From positions 116,043-180,042 of the forward strand of contig NMRA01000065.1 of NCBI GenBank assembly GCA_002633005.1: 64,000 nucleotides of DNA, given 5' to 3'. Shown piece after piece: positions 62,883-64,000 of this stretch. The position numbers were made by a program, and so were the translations under genes. Under the pieces are notes generated by a model that saw only the letters and a program-made list of their open reading frames with translations, made no database searches and was not told where the DNA came from. Every line of letters starts with the position of its first letter. The first letter of the stretch is position 1. The stretch comes from Phoronis australis. Its lineage: Eukaryota > Animalia > Phoronida.

Positions 62883-63949
62883 CACATCAATTATCTTTTT
62901 GGTCTCTTCCTCCATTAGAGTGTATGTGGTATACTTGGCTGACCGCCCTGGTGAGTCAGACAAGTTCTCCTTCTCCATGAATTCCGCCACCAACTCGAGA
63001 TGTTGTGACATGTATGCGTCATTGACAACTGCTATTAAATAGGAATTCTGAATGTTGTTGAATGTTGTTTTCGAAAAAAAACTTTGACTTTTCCAAAGTC
63101 CATCATTGTCTTCACCGACTGAAACGTGTTTCCAGTGAAGAGCACACCACTGGACATGGTTAAGTGGACCTCCGGCATACCACGGACAGAGGAACAACTG
63201 TCCCACTTGCCAGAGTGTCCCGTGACACACTCCCACTGGATGGTGACCTGAGCACCCAAACTGCTTACATTGTGTCGTGTGACTCCCTCGCCACACACCT
63301 GGCACCTTCTAAATAGCTCCAACACTTTAGACAAGTCCACAATAAACTTATCAAAGTTTGGCTCACCGATCTGTTCACTGGACGACGAACTGTCCTCTTC
63401 ACTGGGTGTCGAACTGGGCCTGTAATCACTCCCACTACTCAATATCGCTGCAGGGCTGCTTAGAGGCTCTGGGCTGGAGAAAACAGCACAGGGCGAATCA
63501 CTACTGGTTCCAGGAATTGCACGCTCTGGGGTACGTTCGGAGGCACGGGTGACAGTAGATGAAGTGCCTCCACTGGCTCCAGTCACTGTACTGGCCACAG
63601 CTCGCGAGGCTTCTCGCTTCAAAAACGCACTTCTCGGGGGTGGCGACGGGGCACTGCCGGGAATCAACACAGACGGAATGGCATCCTTCTTCAAGCGTTG
63701 TTTCGCGGGGACCTTCATCAGTTCAGCGTACAAATCCCTTTCGTAATCGGACGGCAGAAAGTGCTTGCCACACACACGGTAATTCTCCACTGCTTTGTAC
63801 GTTGCGTGGACGGGTAACGCTGCGTTCTTCACACGAACGAGCCAAGTACGGCGAAGTGTGTCATCCATCGGAAAGCGATGCAAAGGCACTCCCAAAGCGC
63901 GCGTGAGCCGATAATTACTACATCCCGGTCCGCAGCAACAGTGTGGCAT
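62875..63949 (-). pseudogene. Kolobok THAP-domain transposase, frameshifted and truncated
   Basis: THAP (CCCGPGC...LHRFP...W...VCGKHF...LKKDAIPS); then CQVC...WECVTGH...W; frameshift in the A-run at ~63074-63081; DSPGRSAKYTTYTLM...KIID motif with the preceding GDGR-type segment missing. Confidence 0.85.
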
Positions 63950-64000
63950 GTTGACTGACTAGTAAATGAAAGCGAACGACGACGGAACTGAACACAACCG

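Larger units (their letters stand above)
62273..64000. mobile_element. Kolobok transposon, internally deleted (continues past the window end)
   Basis: TTAA|AGGCGAAGG left end; convergent KolX-like and THAP-transposase ORFs. Confidence 0.85.

Overview
Intron-rich, transposon-rich eukaryotic DNA from an invertebrate metazoan (species not determinable); it is not prokaryotic. All host exons lie on the minus strand and were reconstructed by hand from GT-AG sites and reading-frame phase. Gene A (~29927->6582, ~1190 aa) is a type I membrane receptor: signal peptide, IgV, 2xTSP1, Ig, Thr-rich mucin stalk, Ig, 2xEGF, a TM helix containing a Glu, and a Pro/Tyr-rich tail. Gene B (starts beyond 62195) is a probably secreted F-type-lectin-like, TSP1, Ig, cysteine-less Ig, mini-TSP1 protein. 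A ~5.2-5.8 kb unit carrying the last four exons of gene B plus the first (signal-peptide) exon of gene A is triplicated in tandem (29722-44700). The copies are separated by arrays of a Helentron/HINE-like element, and the arrangement creates phase-compatible chimeric genes. A terminal exon of a chitin-binding (CBM14-like) gene sits at the left end. Mobile elements include two AT-TSD (ISL2EU-like) elements with nested inserts, a Penelope remnant, a DD37D mariner remnant, an internally deleted Kolobok, MITEs and a tRNA-derived SINE head. Three near-identical duplications around N gaps are most likely assembly artefacts. Exon joins are inferred; no transcript data were available.
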